Origin: Octopus bimaculoides
Taxonomy: Eukaryota
Assembly (NCBI RefSeq): GCF_001194135.2
Contig: NC_068989.1
Span: forward strand, 38,637,047-38,701,046
Length of the DNA stretch: 64,000 bases
Direction: 5' to 3'
Position 1 is the first letter of the stretch. Every line of letters starts with the position of its first letter. The notes under the pieces were generated by a model. It did not search any database and had not been told where the DNA came from. It worked only from the letters and a program-made list of their open reading frames with translations. The translations under genes were made by a program, and so were the position numbers. Below, piece by piece: positions 14,256-26,201 of this stretch.

Positions 14256-14894
14256 ATGCGTGTAATCTGTTTAGATATAGTTAGACCAAATAACAATCAA
14301 TTGCAGACAGATTGAATCATAAAACTCTCTCCTACCCTCATCTGTTTCCAAAACTCTAACAGGAACCAATTGTGACTCCCCAGTGAACACTCTTCTGATA
14401 GAGTAGATGTGTGTGTATGAGTGTACGTGTACATGTGTGTGCATCATAAATATGTATATATGTGTATGTGATTATGAAGATATGTATATACACTAGTATA
14501 TTATCTCTAAGCATAGGCTCTACATATTTACACAACACACACATAGATACATATATTTGTATTTGTGTGTTCTGTTGTAATATATTTAAATGTTTAGTCA
14601 TGTCTATACATGAACCCACTTTCTCTTGCTTCTCTCTTTATCTCATTACTTCTCTCTATGTATCTCTCTCCACTTGCTTTCTTTATTTAATATAATCTTT
14701 CATAATTTATTTAACTCCGAGAAATGTTTTCATTTTGAAATTCAATTCCTGTAATCAGTTTAAAAATATATTTAGTTTCATATTTCTTTATATAATGTTT
14801 GCTGTTTAATCCCTGCTTACACATGCATATACCCATATACATACATCAGTATACATACATACATCATACATTTATTTATATATATATATATATT

Positions 14895-14968
<74 letters not shown>

Positions 14969-15449
14969 CACACATGGTTTAGCCTGAAAGATTATAATGA
15001 TTATAGACAATCGTAACGATATATTTAATGTTCACTATTGTGACAATAGTGATGATATACCATATAAAAGTGGATAATTGTGTGAGGGATGTGTGTCTGT
15101 GTGTGTGTGTGTGTGTGTTTAAGTGCACGTGAGTGTGTTCAGAATATGAAAAGGAGAATAGAGGATACAGAAAGTGAAATGTAAGTGGCAACTGAAGAAC
15201 AAGAAGGATAAATGTAATTAAAAGGAGAGTCCAGTATTAATGGAACATATAGTATTATGATGTGGAAGAGAGAGGGTGATATAAGTCCTGCACAGAGGGA
15301 GAGAGAAGAAGGCAATATCATATAACCAAATGGAAAGAACAGCTGATAACTTTATATGACCAGCACACAAAAGAAGAAAATACAATGTTTGTCTACTATT
15401 TGTGTTTTTATGGTATGTCAGGGTGGCAATTTCAGTTTGATGTTGGTTA

Positions 15450-16285
15450 TATCTTTCATCATTTACTTGTTTCAGTCACAAGACGGTGGCCATGTTGGGG
15501 CACCACCTTGAATTTTTAGTTGAATGAATTGAGCCCAGTACTTATTTTCTTAAGCCTGCTACTTATCCTGTCACTCTCTTTTGCCAAACCACTAAGTTAT
15601 AGGGACACAAACACACAAACACTGGTTGTCAAGTGGTGATGGGGTGAGGAGACAAACATAGACACAATGACAAACACACAAAGGCATATTTATACTTATA
15701 TACATATGAAAGGCTCCTTTCAGTTTCCATCTACCAAATCCACTCACAAGGATTTGGTTAGCTTGAGGCTATTAGTAAAAGACACTTGCCCAAGGTGTCA
15801 TGCAGTGGGACTGAACCTAGAACCATGTGGTTGGGAAGCCAGTTTTGAGTAATGCAACACTTCCATACTGCGGGGGATGTATGTATTGTTGTGTATCTTT
15901 TATTTGTTTCAATGATTAGATTGTGGCCATGCTGAGGCACCCCCTTGAAGAGTTTAGTTGACCAAATTGATCCCAGTACGTATTTTTGTTCTAAGCCTCA
16001 TACTATTCTATTGGTCTCCTTTTACTAGACCACTAAGTTATGGGAATGTAAACAAACCAACACTGCTTATTGAGCAGTAGTAAGAGACAAGCACAAAGAT
16101 ACACACACATCTATATGATGGGATTCTTTCAGCTTCTGTTAACCTAATCTACTCATAAGGCTTTGGTTGGCCTGAGGCAATAGTGAATGACACTTTCTCA
16201 AAGAACCATGCAGTGGGACCGAACCCATAACTAGCAGTTGATAAGCAAATTTCTTACCCCAAAGCCATGCCTCCACCTTTATAGA
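15450..16285 (-). mobile_element. Two tandem copies of SINE family A (~15450-15870 and ~15890-16285)
   Basis: Both show the reverse-complement tail acttgtttca.t....ga..gtggccatg.tg.ggcacc and head segments (accaaatccactcacaagg...gacacttgcccaaggtg.catgcagtggga). Confidence 0.88.
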
Positions 16286-16581
16286 AAAGTATTGGAAATG
16301 ATAAAGTAGATAATTGTTGTCTGTTGTTGATAGGTCCATTTCATAATTTTATGCCAAATTTGTATTGCTTTGTGCAAAACAAATATTGTGAAAATAACCT
16401 TAGAAAACAAGTAAACCTGGAGCCCTTCACAAATTTCAGGATATGATCACTATACATGTCTATTGCATTGCACTCTCACAAACCATATATACATACATGC
16501 ATAGATGTATAAATATGCATAAATGCATACATGCATGCATGCACACATACATACATTTATACACACATGCATGCACTTATA

Positions 16582-16647
<66 letters not shown>

Positions 16648-17399
16648 GAGTCATATGCCAGTATTTGATGATAACTATTAGTTACTTACAGCTTCATGTA
16701 TTTGAGCTTTTACAAAGATCTATTTTCAAATTTCTTAATGTTTTGAACAACCTACATGCACACATTCATGCACACACAGTCATAACACACATGCATGCAT
16801 ATTACACACCACCCTCTCTAAACATAAATATGCAATCAACACCCATAAATCAACAACAAATTTTAATGTCATATCATTTTCCATGAATATGTATACATAC
16901 ATACATACGTACCATCAAAACTACACAGGAAAACCTAGACTTCCTTTGCATGGTTTGAAGATACAGTAATATTTATCTGTTGATAGCTGCATACAAAGTT
17001 CAAAATGTTACTGACATTGGAATAACGTTCATATCCCTGGGTCAGTTCAGCTGCTACACAAATATCTGAGAAGTATCTAAAAAGAGATTTACTAACATTG
17101 TATAATAATTGCCTATCAAATCAGTTGTTTATTCCCTATAAATACAATAGTGGTTTCTGCTACACTGTAGTAAATAACAAACTGTGTACTATTTATGTCA
17201 AAGTCCTCCATATGCTTCCCTTGTCTTATATCTCAATCATCCAAAATCCTGACAAACACAGTTCTCCCTCTCTCTCCTTCTATCCCATCTCAATACCCCC
17301 CTCTCTCTCTCTCTCTTCCTCCCGCTTTCCAGCTCCATGTCCATTTTTAATTCATCCCCAAATCTATTCCTCTTTAAGCTCAATATCAACTTTTCTACT

Positions 17400-17605
17400 C
17401 TAGGTACAAGGCCTGAAAATTTGGGGAAGGGTCCATTTGATTAGATCGGTCCCATTATGCAACTGGTGCTTAATTTATCGACCCTGAGAGGATGAAAGGC
17501 AAAGTTGACCTTGGTGGAATTTGAACTCAGAACGTAAAGACAGACAAAATACCACTATGCATTTCGCCTGGCGGACTAACATTTCTGCCAGCTTGTCACC
17601 TTAAG
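17400..17605 (-). mobile_element. tRNA-derived SINE, family B
   Basis: Reverse complement of the 28628-28850 copy (atgaaaggcaaagttgaccttggtggaatttgaactcagaacgtaaagacaga). Other copies at ~36620-36835 (-), ~57137-57345 (+) and partial ~1810-1930 and ~35145-35240. Confidence 0.88.
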
Positions 17606-17655
17606 TTCAATATCAACTGCATCAACATTAGCATTCATGAGTTAATGGGAGTGCT

Positions 17656-18036
17656 TATGCCTGTATAGAACTGTATACAGAGATTAGTTTGTGAAAATGA
17701 GAAATTTCATTTCAATTACTAAATTGACATTTCTTCGTAAGCAGTCAAGGATGTNNNNNNNNNNTTTCAATTACTAAATTGACATTTCTTCGTAAGCAGT
17801 CAAGGATGTCTGTATGTGCACAAAACAGCAGTATTGTTCCACACATGTGAGCACTACACATCTATATAGCCCCAGTTAGACACAGATGTGTAGTGCTCAC
17901 ATGTGTGGAACAATACTGCTGTTTTGTGCACATACACACATCCTTGACCGCTTACGAAGAAATGTCAATTTAGTAATTGAAATGAAATTTCTCATTTTCA
18001 CAAACTAATCTCTGTATACAGTTCTATACAGGCATA
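17656..18036. repeat. Near-perfect palindrome: 153-bp arms, 20-nt loop
   Basis: The right arm 17884-18036 is the reverse complement of 17656-17709 + 17765-17863 (after removing a 45-bp gap-flanking duplication). Two mismatches were found by eye. Loop 17864-17883. Confidence 0.93.
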
Positions 18037-18100
18037 TGGCGTAGTGGTTAAGACCGCAGGCTACTAACCCCAAAATTCTAAGTTCGATTCCAGGCAGCGA

Positions 18101-18138
<38 letters not shown>

Positions 18139-18290
18139 TCAAAAAGATACCTTAGGAATGAGAACCCAGGTTTGAAATTTCCCCAAGACACCTGATGAAG
18201 GCTGGAGGGTATATCAGCCAAAATGTTGTGTTAACAACAAACAAGATGAGGACAAAATCCATCAAAATGTAAATAATGTAATCTCTGTAT
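18018..18290 (+). mobile_element. Short element with tRNA-like head, (TAA)n tract and Penelope-like hammerhead tail
   Basis: A box TGGCGTAGTGG (18037) and B box GTTCGATTC, then (AAT)n, then GACAC-CTGATGA-A-GGCTG-loop-CAGCC-AAAAT-GTT-GTGTT (18187-18232). The 12-bp direct repeat taatctctgtat at 18006-18017 and 18279-18290 is a candidate TSD. Confidence 0.75.
18187..18232 (+). ncRNA. Decayed type-I minimal hammerhead ribozyme motif (PLE-type)
   Basis: Stem I GACAC/GTGTT, core CTGATGA, stem II GGCTG/CAGCC. The expected GAAACGTT reads AAAATGTT, which two CpG transitions explain. The restored AACGTT is a palindromic stem III. There is one extra A after the core. Confidence 0.6.
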
Positions 18291-18298
18291 TTCTTAAA

Positions 18299-19549
18299 CA
18301 GGGTGATCAGACGAAATGCAAACATATATTTATTCAATTTACATTCCGATGCAAAATTATATATCAAATTTAAATATGCTCAAATAAAGCCCATACAATG
18401 TAAATTAAGATGATGTATTTAATTTTCAGTATATCTACTCTTGGTGGAGATTACCTGCCGGAATCTGGGAGCAACATGAGAATAAGTGGCACGAACAATT
18501 TCACAAATGGTGCTCAAGATCTCTGAGACCCATGTGAGAATTAGCATAGGCTTTGCTCTCAAGGATAGACCATATTCCAAAATCTATTGGATTCAGGTCA
18601 GGTGAAGAGCAGGGCCAGAACTCTTTTGACCAGAATGTCTTGAAATTTTCTTGACTCCACTCTTGTGCTTTTTAACTGTATGAAATGTTGCACCATCTTC
18701 TTGGTGCAATAACCCAAGGGACTACTTTATCCTTTAACATGTCCAAATAAATATGTTGGGTGATTTTTACACCCTCTTTAATGAAGATTAGAGGGGTGTT
18801 TACATGCCATTTGAAGTCACACCTGCCCACACCATTATGGATGCAGGTTTCTGCTACCAAAAGAATAATCTTTATTCGACAGGAATGTCCTCTTTATTTT
18901 CTCTATATATATGATCATTTTGTGGATTGTGACACACTTGTACACTGAATAACTATCCATCTGTGTACAGTATTGGTGGGTGCATGCCATCTCTCAGCAT
19001 TTGCAGAAGCTTTGATCTTTGCAGTCTTTTTTCTTTGTGGTTTCAGACAAAAGATGTGTTTTTGATATCTTGTATGGGAATAACTGAAGGTCATTTTTCC
19101 AAGAAATTATGCATAATTCCATAGCTTGTACCAGCTTCTGAAGCGAGTTTTCTGATACTTCTTTTTGTGTTACGCCTGATCTTTTCTTTGGTGATTTTGA
19201 TGAGTTTTGCATTCTCACTGGTCAAGATGGAGTAGTTCCCACTCTTGGTAAGCAAGAACCAGTCTCTTTTATTCATTTGACTACTTTGTAGACTCCTGAT
19301 CTGCTGAGAGTGGGTTTCTAAATCTTGAAAATCTTGTTAGGAGTTTTCCCTTTCTTGAATAGTCCTTCAATTGCTTTACTTTTTCCACTCATACTAGTTT
19401 AAATACTAGCTTCAAGTATATTATATTTTATGTATAAATTAGCTTCAATACTACCTTAAATGTTAAGAGTATTAAATTTCTGAAATAAGAAAAGAAATGT
19501 TAATTAAATTTAAGTAAAATAAATGTGTACACTTGGGTTGAATACCTTG
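18299..19549 (-). mobile_element. Degenerate Tc1/mariner-superfamily transposon, maT (DD37D)-like
   Basis: Minus fragments: KEKIRRNTKRSIRKLASEAGTS, KTHLLSETTKKK, TPLIFIKEGVKITQHIYLDMLKDKVVPWV and WPCSSPDLNPIDFGIWSILESKA. Diverged cagggtg/caaggta ends, with TA at 19550-19551. Confidence 0.85.
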
Positions 19550-20176
19550 TATAAAGAGGAAATTTTCTTGTCTACCTTACCCATATTTCTCTTCTCTGTC
19601 AGTGTGCTCTTTTAAGAATCTATCCCCCCACCACCACCTCATTCATGCCAAAAAGATGTTTATCATCATCATCCTCATCATTTTTAATGTCTATTTTCCG
19701 TCCTGGCATAGGATGAACAGTTTGACAAGAACTGGTAAGCCAGAAGATTGAACTAAGACCTGCAGGTAGTCTCTGAGATCAAATCTTGATGAGATAAACT
19801 TTATCTTTCATTTTTTCTAAGTTTGATTTTAAAATGATACTAGTTGAGTATTGGGGTAGTTTTAAGTAATGTGTCCTTCACCAAAATTTCTGGCTTTGCC
19901 TTATTGTTTGAAATTAATACTATTTAGCAAATTTTCAATACTTGTTGGTTTAGTAGAGCATAGAAACTTTGTCAGTGCTACATATGAAAGGATGAATGGA
20001 TGGATAAGTTAATAGAGTACTAAATGAACTAACTGATTTAGTCTTATAACTAGCAATACATTCTGCCACAGTATTTAGAGGCTTCATAGGGTAACCAACA
20101 GTTTATAAATTATCTTATGTTGGTTAATTCTTTGTAGGCTTTTTGTTATGTCTGATAGAAAAATTCTTCATTCCAT

Positions 20177-20355
20177 ATTGTCTCATCTCACCTAGTTGTC
20201 AGTAATAGTTACCAGAACAGTCAGGAATGGTACTTGTGACAAATCAGCAGTCTACATTGTCGCATCTCACCTAGGTAAGAGTAATAAGAACCAGATCATC
20301 TGGGAATGTTACTTGTGATAGATCAACAGTCCACATTGTCTCAATTCATTTAGTT
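20177..20355. repeat. 79-bp tandem repeat, ~2.25 diverged copies
   Basis: Units start with attgtc at 20177, 20256 and 20335 (exact 79-bp period). Shared catctcacctag, gtaata, ggaatg.tacttgtga and atca.cagt. Confidence 0.85.
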
Positions 20356-22336
20356 TGGGGAAACATGTATGAGATTATCTCAGAATGGTATTTTTGGTTT
20401 TCTATCACCATATACATGGAGCATTAATTACTATTAGTCTAAACTTCTAAAAATATTAAATTAGAATCAAGATAGTAAAAAATATATCTTCTTAGAAAAA
20501 GATAGAAAATGTATGTATTGGTGTGGGAGGGGAAAACAAAAAGGACAAAGAAAGAATGATAGAAATGAAATGAAATGGGAGGTGAGAAATTTGGAAAGTA
20601 AAAGAAAATTGGAGGAAAGAGAGAGAAGCCAAAGGAGTGGGGGGGGGGGGAGAATGAAGGAAAGGAAGGGTAGAGAAAGAAGCTGAAGAAATGAGAGAAA
20701 GTGAGAAAGGAGGGAGAGAAGGGTAGAGATTGAAGCAAAAATAAACCATCCATTTAAAGCTAAATGAGTTAGGAATTTGTAAATATTTATTAAACATTTA
20801 ATTGCACATACTCAAACACATGCACCCAAGCTAATACCATTCTTAAGATAAAGACACATACACAAGCTAATACATCCTCACACACACACAGACATACACA
20901 TGTGTGAGTAGAGAGACAGTTGTGTATACATATGTACATTCATACACATGTAAAGAAAGTTATTGAAATTTACAAAGCTACATCACAACCACCACAACAG
21001 AGACTAATTGATAATTGTAAAGCATACATACACACTCATTGCTACATTTACACACACGCACATATATTCACATGGATGCTCATATTGCATTCACACACAC
21101 ACACTTGTACCCGTACACACACACATACATGCAATCTCTTTCTCTCTCTCTCTCTCTCTCTCTCAAACAAACAAACATGCATGGTTATAACCAAATTTGA
21201 ATATTGAAATTAAAATAATTTAATTACATAAACACAGACAGAAAGAAACTAAAATCAACAAATTAAAACACATACACACCTCCATTCATACATACAGATG
21301 CCTATTCATATGCACACATCCATATGCATAGATATACATACATGCACAGTTACACATATACATACATATATCACTCTAGCTTTATAATAGCATTAATATA
21401 TGCAATAATCATGCCAATTCTAAGATACTTATAGCATTTATCATCAGAGATACACTATTGATACCCATATTTGTTTAGATAGATAGATACACACTAAAAA
21501 TTACCTTCTCTAAGGAACATATAGAGATAAAGGTAAAAAAAAACCTACAATTAAATGTAAGCTGTTGTTTTTACTTCAGCTCTAGTAGTCCTACTCTGAT
21601 ATTATAGTCCTATGTTAGTAGATGTTCCTTCTGATATGTATAGCACTTTGCTATTCAATGTGTTCTTCATTTCTTAAGACAATGGAGCTTAATTTGTAAG
21701 CAATTTGGTCACTATAGCTAACTCATAGGAACAACCACTTACAATAGCTAACACATACTCACAAGCAATGACACAAATACAATCACCCCCTCACATACAT
21801 CATGAGAAAATAAATAACTATAAAAGAGTGTCAAATATATCTAGATATTGTATTTATGATTAGAAATAAATTTTATAATTCTATAAAAAATATTAGTCAG
21901 AACTAAATAACTGGGTACATTTATTTTCCCCATCTTGCTAGGACAGAAGGGTTTTCTGTGGAAGTGACTTACTTTTATTCCATTACTGTTATTTGATAAG
22001 TTTATGCATCCAGCAGAAAAAAACGATAAAACATTGAGAGCATTTACTCTAGTATAAAGTTTCTTGAAGTGGGCTGAGGGCTGAAAGTTTTATATGGATA
22101 CTGAGGGCAAAGAGGTTGGAAGAGGTACAATGGATGCACCTGTACAGGTCTTTTAGTCTTTGTCTCCTACTTGGGTATGAATTTTTTGAAATATAAGCTG
22201 CTTGTTAGCCACAATCACAGCAACAGAAATAACAATAGCAACAACAGCATCAGCAATAATAATAGCCTTTGAAACATGAATAAGTAAATTAATAAACTGA
22301 AAATATATCACCTTTGCATATAAATTATAAACAATA

Positions 22337-22750
22337 GGCACAGTTGTGGCTGTGTGGTAAGTAGCTTGCCTACCAAATACATGGTTCTGGGTTCAGCCCC
22401 ACTGCGTGGCACCTTTGGCAAGTGTCTTCTACTATAGCCTCGGGCCGACCAAAGCCTTGTGAGTGGATTTGGTAGACGGAAACTGAAAGAAGCCCATCGT
22501 ATATATGTATATATATATGTATGTGTGTTTGTGTGTCTGTGTTTGTCCCCCCACCATCGCTTCACAACCGATGCTGGTGTGTTTACATCCCCGTAACTTA
22601 GCGGCTCAGCACAAAGAGACCGATAGAATAAGTACTAGGCTTACAAAGAATAAGTCCTGGGGTTGATTAGCTTGGCTAAAGGCGGTGCTCCAGCATGGCC
22701 ACAGTCAAATGACTGAAACAAGTAAAAAAAAAAGAGAGTAAAAGAATAAA
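22337..22750 (+). mobile_element. Full-length tRNA-derived SINE, family A (octopus OK/OR/Twinkle-like; exact name not determined)
   Basis: A-box-like TGGCTGTGTGG and B-box-like GGTTCAGCCCC, body ccactgcgtggcacc...gcaagtgtcttctactatagcc, central (TA/TG)n tract, and right half ending ccagcatggccacagtcaaatgactgaaacaagtaaaa. At least ten related copies or halves occur in the window. Confidence 0.92.
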
Positions 22751-22799
22751 CAAAATTATCTTTTAAAGGACACTATGAAAAATAGTGTATTTTTCCAGA

Positions 22800-23180
22800 C
22801 ATGCTATAAAAGTAGCTATCACCCTGTAACATTAGATAACATGGAATGACATAGATAACAGTAAAAGAAAAACAACTACAAGCAATCAAAAATAATGGAG
22901 AATCTCTGAGCTGTACTAAAGAAATACCAAAAAGGTCTAACCAGCAAGGGAATCAATTAATCAGCAAACATGAGCATTTTGTTTATGGTTTACTGAAAAT
23001 ACACAAATGCATTCCTATAAGTGAGGCTTGTGAATCCTTGACAAACAAATACCTGCTGTTAGTGGCTCCAAATGATTTAAAGCTACGACCAGTCATAGAC
23101 AGCCCTGCATGTAAAACAGCTTAGAACTAGGAACTCATTGAGGGTTCCTTGGATAATAACTTTGAAGTGAAGATACTAAT
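22800..23180 (+). mobile_element. Penelope-like element reverse-transcriptase fragment (Neptune-like)
   Basis: 22984-23121 reads YGLLKIHKCIPISEACESLTNKYLLLVAPNDLKLRPVIDSPACKTA*. This matches the PLE RT motifs YGLPKIHK and LRPI, with the ~20-aa spacer I recall for Neptune-type PLEs. Confidence 0.7.
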
Positions 23181-23189
23181 GTATTCCAA

Positions 23190-23400
23190 ACTAAATTCTT
23201 TCATTCATTCTTTTATGTGATTCAGTCATTGTAACTGCAGCCATGTTGGAATAGTACTTTAAAACGTTTAGTTGAAATAACTCAATCCCAGCACTTATTC
23301 CAAAGTCTGGTACTTATTACATCAGTTTCTTTTTTCTTAACCACTAAGTTATGGGAATGTAAGCAAACCAACACCAGTAGTTAAGCAGTGGAGTTGGTCA
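23190..23400 (-). mobile_element. SINE family A, right half only
   Basis: Reverse complement of the family A 3' half (ttcagtcattgtaactgcagccatgttggaatagtac...aaccactaagttatgggaatgtaagcaaaccaacacc). Confidence 0.8.
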
Positions 23401-25022
23401 AACTGAAGCATGCAAAATCACACACACACACATCCAAATACACATATGTACATATGTACATACTATGTAATAAAAGAAATGGTATATTAATGTCAGAATT
23501 CTAATTTCTATCCAGAAGGCCAAACTTAAGAACCTCATAGTCTTCATATGCCCAACCTCTACACTGCATGTTTCAAATGGTTTGGATGTGAACAGGGTCT
23601 GCTTTCTGCTCTGCTTGTTCTTCTTCAAATTTTAGTTATGTCCACCAGGATGGGCATCCATCTGTAAAAGTAATTGATGCCATAATATGCAAATATGGAA
23701 ATTATTAAAACCCATCCTATCGATGCTATCATGGGAAGAGAGATATAAAAGTGAATAAAAATTAATCTAAATATTCCAATCTAGATGAGAAATAAATTTC
23801 ATGTAAAATTAATAAAAATAAAAGAAAATAATAAAATGTAGTAAAAAATATTTCAAGTAAAAAGTAGGAAAAAACATGAATATTTCTTCTTTTCAAATAT
23901 TTTAAGTCGCAATTGGTTTATTAACAAGAAGCAGTGGGTTACTGATGACTGGAGGTGCAAATATTTCCAGATATTGCAATTACTTAAAGTCAACATAGCA
24001 ATTATTGCAAAGCTTGCAGCTGAGGCAATGTAGAATTAAATTTGACCCTCTGAACAAATATTTTCTACTACATCAGATTGTTTGTCAAAGTGAAGGACTA
24101 ACCATGGTTATACAAGAATGTTGATTTAACAGAAAAGAAAAAAATTTGAGATCAAATACACACATACATGCACACACTTACAGCAAGCCATTCACATATA
24201 CACTCATGAACATTAGAATATATATACATTCACATAAAAGAAAATTTAATTCAAATCATTTGAATATAAATTCTGTTTATATTGTTTGCGCCATCTTCAT
24301 TGATACCACTATTATTGTGAAGAGTATGCTTTGGTGTTATGATGACAGTGTTATAACAACTTCATCAAAGCATAATCATCATAACACCATCATCACAGTA
24401 TCATCATCATCATCATAAAATATTTGTCTTATCATCATCATAATATACTCATCATAACAACATTATATCGTCTTAAGAACTTCATAACATTCTCACCATA
24501 TGTCATCATCATAGCAATATCAAAACAATTATCATCAGGATTTGCTATGTCTGGTAAAAAAACTATTTTTAATTGGTCACTTTTTGTTATAAGTCAATTC
24601 CCTGCTCCAAATCCATTCACTTTTATTAATTCACCAAATCAAGTGGTATCTGAGAAGCTTTATTTTTCATTAGCTTAATGAGTTATGCATTGATTTTGGT
24701 ATGAGTTGTTACAAAAGTAAAGGATATTTAGTTGAGATATTGTTATGCTACCTTTGGTGTTATCTATTCTATTTGAAAAACCAGGACATGTTGAGTCTCA
24801 ACCACTGATGATTTGTAAGAGTATTAGAGTGTAGTAGTTGAGAGCTATGGTGTGTACCCTAGATGCTTACACATCTGAATACCATTGGATAATGATAATA
24901 GTCATGATTCTGAAAGAAGCAAAATTTAAACCACCTAAAAAGGCAATTGTTTTATAAAGCTGTTTTTGATTAATCTACAAATTTCATATATGATACCCAT
25001 ATAGTGGAAAGATGATAGTGTT

Positions 25023-25177
<155 letters not shown>

Positions 25178-25298
25178 GTCTCTTTCTCCCCCACACACAC
25201 TTGATCTCAGTGTAATTAAGATCAGTATTGTTTCTACAGAATCATAGCTTTTATCAATGTCTTACGACATACACATGTGTAGGAAAAATATTTCTCTA

Positions 25299-26201
25299 TC
25301 ATCATCATTGTTTAATGTCCGCATTCCATGCTGGCATGGGTTGGACGGTTTGACTGAGGACTGGCAAGCCAGAATGCTGTACCAGGCTCCAATCTTATCT
25401 GGCAAGGTTTCTACGGCTGGATGCCCTTCCTAACACCAACCACTCTGAGAATGTAGTGAGTGCTTTTTATGTGCTGCTGGCACGGGAGCCAGTCAGGCGG
25501 CACTGGCAACAACTATGTTCAAATGGTGCTTTTTACATGACACTGGCATGGGAGCCAGTCAGGCAGCACTGGTAACGACCATGCTCAGATGGTGCTTTTT
25601 GCATGCCACCAGCATGAGTGGCAGTCAGGCGGTACTGGCATTGGCCACGACAATGATTTCACTTGACTCAACAGGTCTTCTCAAGCACAGTTTATTGCCC
25701 AATGATTGAAGTGTACTCTTAAATGGGCCAGTTATGCTACACTAGCATAGGCTATGGTTACGGCCTCACTTGGCTTGCTGGGTCTTCTCAAGCACAACAA
25801 AGGTCTCGGTCACTTGTCATCGCCTCTGTGAGGCTCAAAATTTGAAGGTCGTGCTTCACCACCACATCACAGGTCTTTCTGGGTCTACCTCTTCCACAGG
25901 TTATCTCTACTGCTAGGGTGTGACACTTTTTCATGCAGCCGTCCTCATCCATACACAACATATGACCATAGAAGTACAGTCGTCTCTCTTGCACACGACA
26001 TCTGATGCTTCTTATGTCCAACGTTTCTCTCAGGGTTCTTACACTCTGTTTTGTATGCACACTAACATTACACATTCAGCGGAGCATACTAGCTTTGTTT
26101 CTTACAAGCTTACACATGTCCTCAGCAGCCACGGCCCAAGTTTCACTGCTGTGTAGCATGGCTGTTTTCACACATGCATTATACAATTTACCTTTCACTC
26201 T
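25299..26201 (-). mobile_element. 5'-truncated RTE LINE (ORF C-terminus, 3' UTR and (GAT)n tail)
   Basis: Minus ORF ...TLDIRSIRCRVQERRLYFYGHMLCMDEDGCMKKCHTLAVEITCGRGRPRKT. Colinear with 39307-40340. Ends in a gatgatga tail. Confidence 0.93.

Noticed and set aside
17710-17809. 45-bp direct repeat in the hairpin's left arm
   Set aside because: It flanks a 10-N gap and is absent from the right arm, so it is an assembly overlap. The same pattern occurs at ~56820-56925.
18030-18105. Functional tRNA gene (also heads at 22337, 28628, 38691, 60024)
   Set aside because: A/B boxes are present, but acceptor and anticodon stems do not pair fully, there is no oligo-T terminator right after, and each continues into a repeat body. 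These are SINE heads.
23500-23680. Coding-looking minus-strand stretch after a ttttacag acceptor
   Set aside because: Stops in all frames and no recognisable family motif.
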